Assembly (NCBI RefSeq): GCF_009914755.1
Contig: NC_060942.1
Strand: one strand, 5' to 3'
From: the human T2T-CHM13v2.0 reference genome, Homo sapiens
Length of the DNA stretch: 64,000 bases
Positions 58,260 through 64,000 of the stretch are shown here, piece after piece. Within the stretch, counting starts at the first letter, position 1, and each line of letters begins with the position of its first letter. The notes beneath the pieces are model-generated. The model was given only the letters and a program-made list of their open reading frames with translations. It had not been told where the DNA came from and made no database searches. Position numbers and translations under genes: made by a program.

Positions 58260-59038
58260 TAAAACACCAGTAATGATATTAGAAAAAATATATATATAAT
58301 TAGAAAAAATAGGCCTGTAAGTACCATACCCTAGAAAATCACCCATTTTTCTGTCCTCATTTTTTCCTTCCTTTCCTCATTAATATAAAGCATAACTTTG
58401 CACAGTTGACAAATAATAGTACAAACATATACACGTTATATTTATTTCAATAGCTGCACACACATCCATGTTTGATCTGTCATTGTCTAACTGTTGCAAT
58501 ACCCTTGGACATTTTGAAAGTGTTTTAAAAAATGACACAGTGGACAAGCACTGCACTAGCACTTTGGGACTGATTTTTCTTTATGTCTTTTTTGTTATTT
58601 TTTTATTTAATATAACCCTTGAAAGCCCTCATAAGCTTGCAGAGTTTTCTTAGAATTATGTAGATAAATCAGAAGAGAGCCACATTTCTATCATGGTTAC
58701 AATTTATTATAAGTTATCTATTTGACCAAAAGTTCTAAAACTTCATAAAAAGCACATGTAGAACTGTCACCATCTTTTCAAATAGACCTAGAATTGTCTC
58801 CAATTTTTATGATTCATAATAACTAAGCTACTAAAAAAATTCTGAAATATTTTTAGGTTAACATTTTTTAAGAACCCTAAAATATATACTTATTACAAAT
58901 ATGATTAAGAATTAATAAATTTAAAACCCTTAAAAATAGTAATTCTATTATTTCTAGGTGATTTTCTAGGGTATGGTACTTATAGGCATATTTTTTCTAA
59001 TTCTTCTTTTTTTTTCTAATATCATTACTGGTGTTTTA
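58260..59038. repeat. Inverted repeat: arms 58260-58343 and 58957-59038, 613-bp spacer
   Basis: 29/29 and 44/46 identical blocks in reverse complement. Confidence 0.95.
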
Positions 59039-59342
59039 CATTTGTTCTGCCAAAATTACATAAACAGATAATTAGATAAAGTGAAAAATAAGTGAACTGA
59101 ACATTTTTCAGTTATTTCACTTGCTAAATGCAAAAATGCTAAAAAAAAGATAGCATTTTTCACCTATCATATTAAAAACACTCTGATATTAATCAGTAAT
59201 GCTTAAGAAAATATTATGGAGAAACTTGAGGAAGACTTTTAACTTAGCTTGAGTGAACCAATGATTCTTATTCTAGTGATCTACCCAGATGGAGGAGATG
59301 ATAGTAGATAGATAGACAAACAGACAGATTGATGATAAATAC

Positions 59343-59343
<1 letters not shown>

Positions 59344-59383
<40 letters not shown>
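59344..59383. repeat. (TAGA)10 STR in a degenerate GATA-rich tract
   Basis: Perfect run with degenerate flanks 59296-59410. Confidence 0.97.
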
Positions 59384-60150
59384 AAATAGATAATAGAGAT
59401 ATAGAGGTAGATATTCACCTCAACATCATTGATAATGGAAAAAATTAAAATTGCAACATTTCAGAAATAATTCCATAAATCCATAAATTACGCATACATT
59501 CTTGTGAAAGATTATGATAAGACAGGGAAAACATATTTACGATAGTTTTTAATGGTGTGGCAATGCTGATTATATAATATTACTTGAAAAGAGCAGAGTA
59601 TGAAAAAGATAATTTTACCTAGAAAAGACTAAAGGGAAAATTTTCAAGTAGTGAAACATTTGTCAAAATATCTAATTATGGATTTTTTTTCTGATTCTTT
59701 CCACTTTTATAGAGATTTTTTTCAATAATAAGAAAGTCTTATTTTGATCACTCAGGAAAAGGTAATTTATCCATAGTATCATTCTAGTATCTCTCCCCCC
59801 TTTAAAAAATGCATTAGTGATTGTATTTATCTTTTACTGTCTAATTCTTGCATTGAAATGATCAAATGAGGATACTTTATACTATTTAACTGCAAAATAT
59901 AACATTCATATGGAAAAGTGCATAAATGTTTTATTTTACAAGTAATTATAAACAGAACATCTATAAAGCCTTAAGTGAGGTAAAAATTACCTCGTTATTA
60001 TCATCCCACCAACTAACTTGTAGGCTGGATCATATGTTACATATATTTTCAACTCTGTGCATCGCAAGACCTGATAACCATGCTCCCATCTATGCTAAGT
60101 CTTCCCCAGGGCCTGAGCCTCAGGCGTCCCTTGCCTTGGTTCTCCCAGCA

Positions 60151-60509
60151 TGATATGGTTTGGCTCTGTGTCCCCACCCAAATCTCATCTAGAAATGTAA
60201 TCTCTACGTGTCGAGGGAGGGTGGTGATTTGATCATGGGGGCAGCTTCCCCCATGCTGTTCTCATGGTACTGAGTGAGTTCTTACAAGATCTGATGGTTT
60301 TATAATTGTTTGGAAGTTCCTCCTTCACACTTCTCTCTCCTGTCACCTTGTGAAAAAGGTGCTTGGTTCCCCTTTGCCTTCCACCATGATTGTAAGTTTC
60401 CTGAGGCCTCCCCAGCCATGTGGAACTGTGAGTCAAGTAAACCTCTTTCCTTTATAAATGACTCAGTCTCAGGTATTTCTTTATAGCAGTGTGAGAATGG
60501 ACTCATCCA
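60151..60509 (+). mobile_element. THE1D-like MaLR solo LTR
   Basis: tgatatggtttggctctgtgtccccacccaaatctcat...gtgagaatggactcatcca; perfect 5-bp TSD cagca. Confidence 0.95.
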
Positions 60510-60729
60510 CAGCACTTTGTCCTGGCTCCTCTTGAGACAGCCCACATCGCCCTAGGGCCAGGCCTGCGTGCACATCTCCCTGTTAAACATGACGTCAAGC
60601 ACACTTTGAAAACCTGAATTATAATACCTTGACCCTTCCTATATGTATATGTTTCTCTCCTTCCTTTCATAAATGGGCTTCTCAAAGGAGGCATCAGTAA
60701 GGTATTTAACTCTCCATTTTCCTCACCTT

Positions 60730-61855
<1,126 letters not shown>

Positions 61856-61959
61856 ATCTAATCAATAATTCCACAAAAACAATGTTTATTAATTCCTGAA
61901 GAACCTCCATGACTAGGTCCCAGGCATGCTTCTGTTATCAACTGGGGGAATTCTCTCCA

Positions 61960-62830
61960 TGGTGAAACAACCTCTTCTCTTAGCTTCTGTTCCAAAGGTT
62001 CTCCAGGTTTCCTCTTACCCTTCTAGAAAATTTTATGTTTTCTGATGTAAAAGTTTACATCTTCCCTTATCAGACATTGAATTCTCAGGTTCTTCAGATG
62101 TCTGCCCAGGTCCTCTCTACTCACTCTGTGCTGTCCCCTAGGAGAAAATCTGATTTTACTTCCTGCCCAAGCAAAGAGAAGGAACTCACTCACTTCTCTC
62201 CTAGGCTTCTCCCAGCTCTAGGTCTGGCTAAACTCCACCTGTGACATAGTTGTGTGCACATCGTAAAGTTGAGATCCCCTCCTCAGCTCCCAAACTTGGT
62301 CACTTTTACCTTCGTTACTAGCTGCATCACCTCATCCTGTCTCCAAGCCATTCTTGAAGTCTGCTCCTTCGCTCCTCTCCCAGGTCATTGCTAGTCTGAG
62401 CCCCTCTCTTCCAGCCTCTGAGTGGTCTTCTCAGTGGACTCCTCAAGTTGGCTCTTCCTCCGCCCTTCATGTCCATGCTTGGCTGGCACAGGTGACTCTT
62501 TCAAGAGCATGAACTGGTTTCCATCTGTTGCTCCACATTCTGGCTTCAGCTGAGTGTGACATCCTGAAATCCACAAAGGACAGGGTCCTTCATGAGGTTT
62601 TCAGGCTGCCCACTGCCCAGCCTTGCAGCCTCTCCAACTCCTGTTCATGCCACGACACCCCAGGGGTCTCCGCTCTCCTTCAGTTTCTGGGACATGTGTG
62701 CACCCTGTCTTGGATGGTCTTTCTCCAAATCTTTGCTCAATTGTGACTTTATCATGGAGGCCACACCCATGGGCCCTGAAAGATCAAATCCTTCTATTCT
62801 TTGCTCCTTGGTCACACAGGGATCCACAGT
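61960..62830 (+). mobile_element. L2 LINE relic
   Basis: Pyrimidine-rich L2-like text (ttctccaggtttcctcttacc; cccaggtcctctct; ctgtcttggatggtctttctcc); highly diverged. Confidence 0.45.
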
Positions 62831-63072
62831 TAGTTTATTTACATGATTCTTTAACAAAACTGTTTTGAGTTGAAGGAGTTCTTTCTGTGTTCTTGGGACA
62901 AAGGATTTGTCAGATGTATGTTTTAGAAATATTTATCTGGATGTGTAGCTTACATTTTTTTTCCTAACATCATCTTTCAAAGAACAAAAGTTTTTAGTTT
63001 TGACTCCAATTTATCAAGGTTTTCTTTTATGATTTGTACTTTCTTTTGTACTGCATGGAAACCTTTGCTTAT

Positions 63073-63739
<667 letters not shown>

Positions 63740-64000
63740 GACACAGCCAAACCATATCACTTACATAAAGGTTCAAAGATTATCTCCTGGATTTTCTTCT
63801 AGATGTTTCACAGTCTGAACTTCTCTGTTTAGATTTATGTTCCATGTGGGTTTAATTTGTGAGCCTGATATAACATTTGAAGTTAATGCTTTTTAATGCT
63901 ATGATCTACAGCATCATCTGTTGTAAAAATGATCATTTTCCCATTGTATTACTTAGCAACTTTGTAGAAAAAACAATTGGCCATATGTGTGGGTCTACCT

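Noticed and set aside
60400-60425. PRDM9 hotspot motif in THE1 LTRs
   Set aside because: All four THE1 copies carry CCCC-type variants (e.g. cctccccagccat), not the hotspot-associated CCTCCCTNNCCAC.

Overview
This 64-kb window is primate genomic DNA, most likely human: it carries AluY/S/J, THE1, L1PA and MER1 elements. It looks intergenic or deep intronic, and I could not assign the locus. No known protein-coding exon, RNA gene or prokaryotic system (CRISPR etc.) is recognisable. Nearly all listed ORFs are Alu-, L1-, microsatellite- or GC-rich artefacts. About half the window is interspersed repeat: about 13 Alus, 4 THE1 solo LTRs, a MER21-type LTR, MER1A/B, MER82, Tigger3, MER58, a Charlie-type element, and L1/L2/MIR relics. 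Family names come from recalled consensus sequences, not a RepeatMasker run. The most notable items are: (1) a 26-unit, 38-bp VNTR whose unit carries a DR1-like nuclear-receptor site and a T-box site; (2) a cluster of RFX X-boxes overlapping a candidate two-exon 120-aa minus-strand ORF; (3) a small CpG island with clustered TGACA motifs, a textbook minus-strand poly(A) site and a candidate non-coding exon; (4) several local template-switch scars (a 169-bp Tigger3 copy pasted into a MIR, an 84-bp inverted duplication, an inverted L1 block, many short tandem duplications). The sequence does not establish a new biological system; the regulatory and coding ideas are hypotheses.
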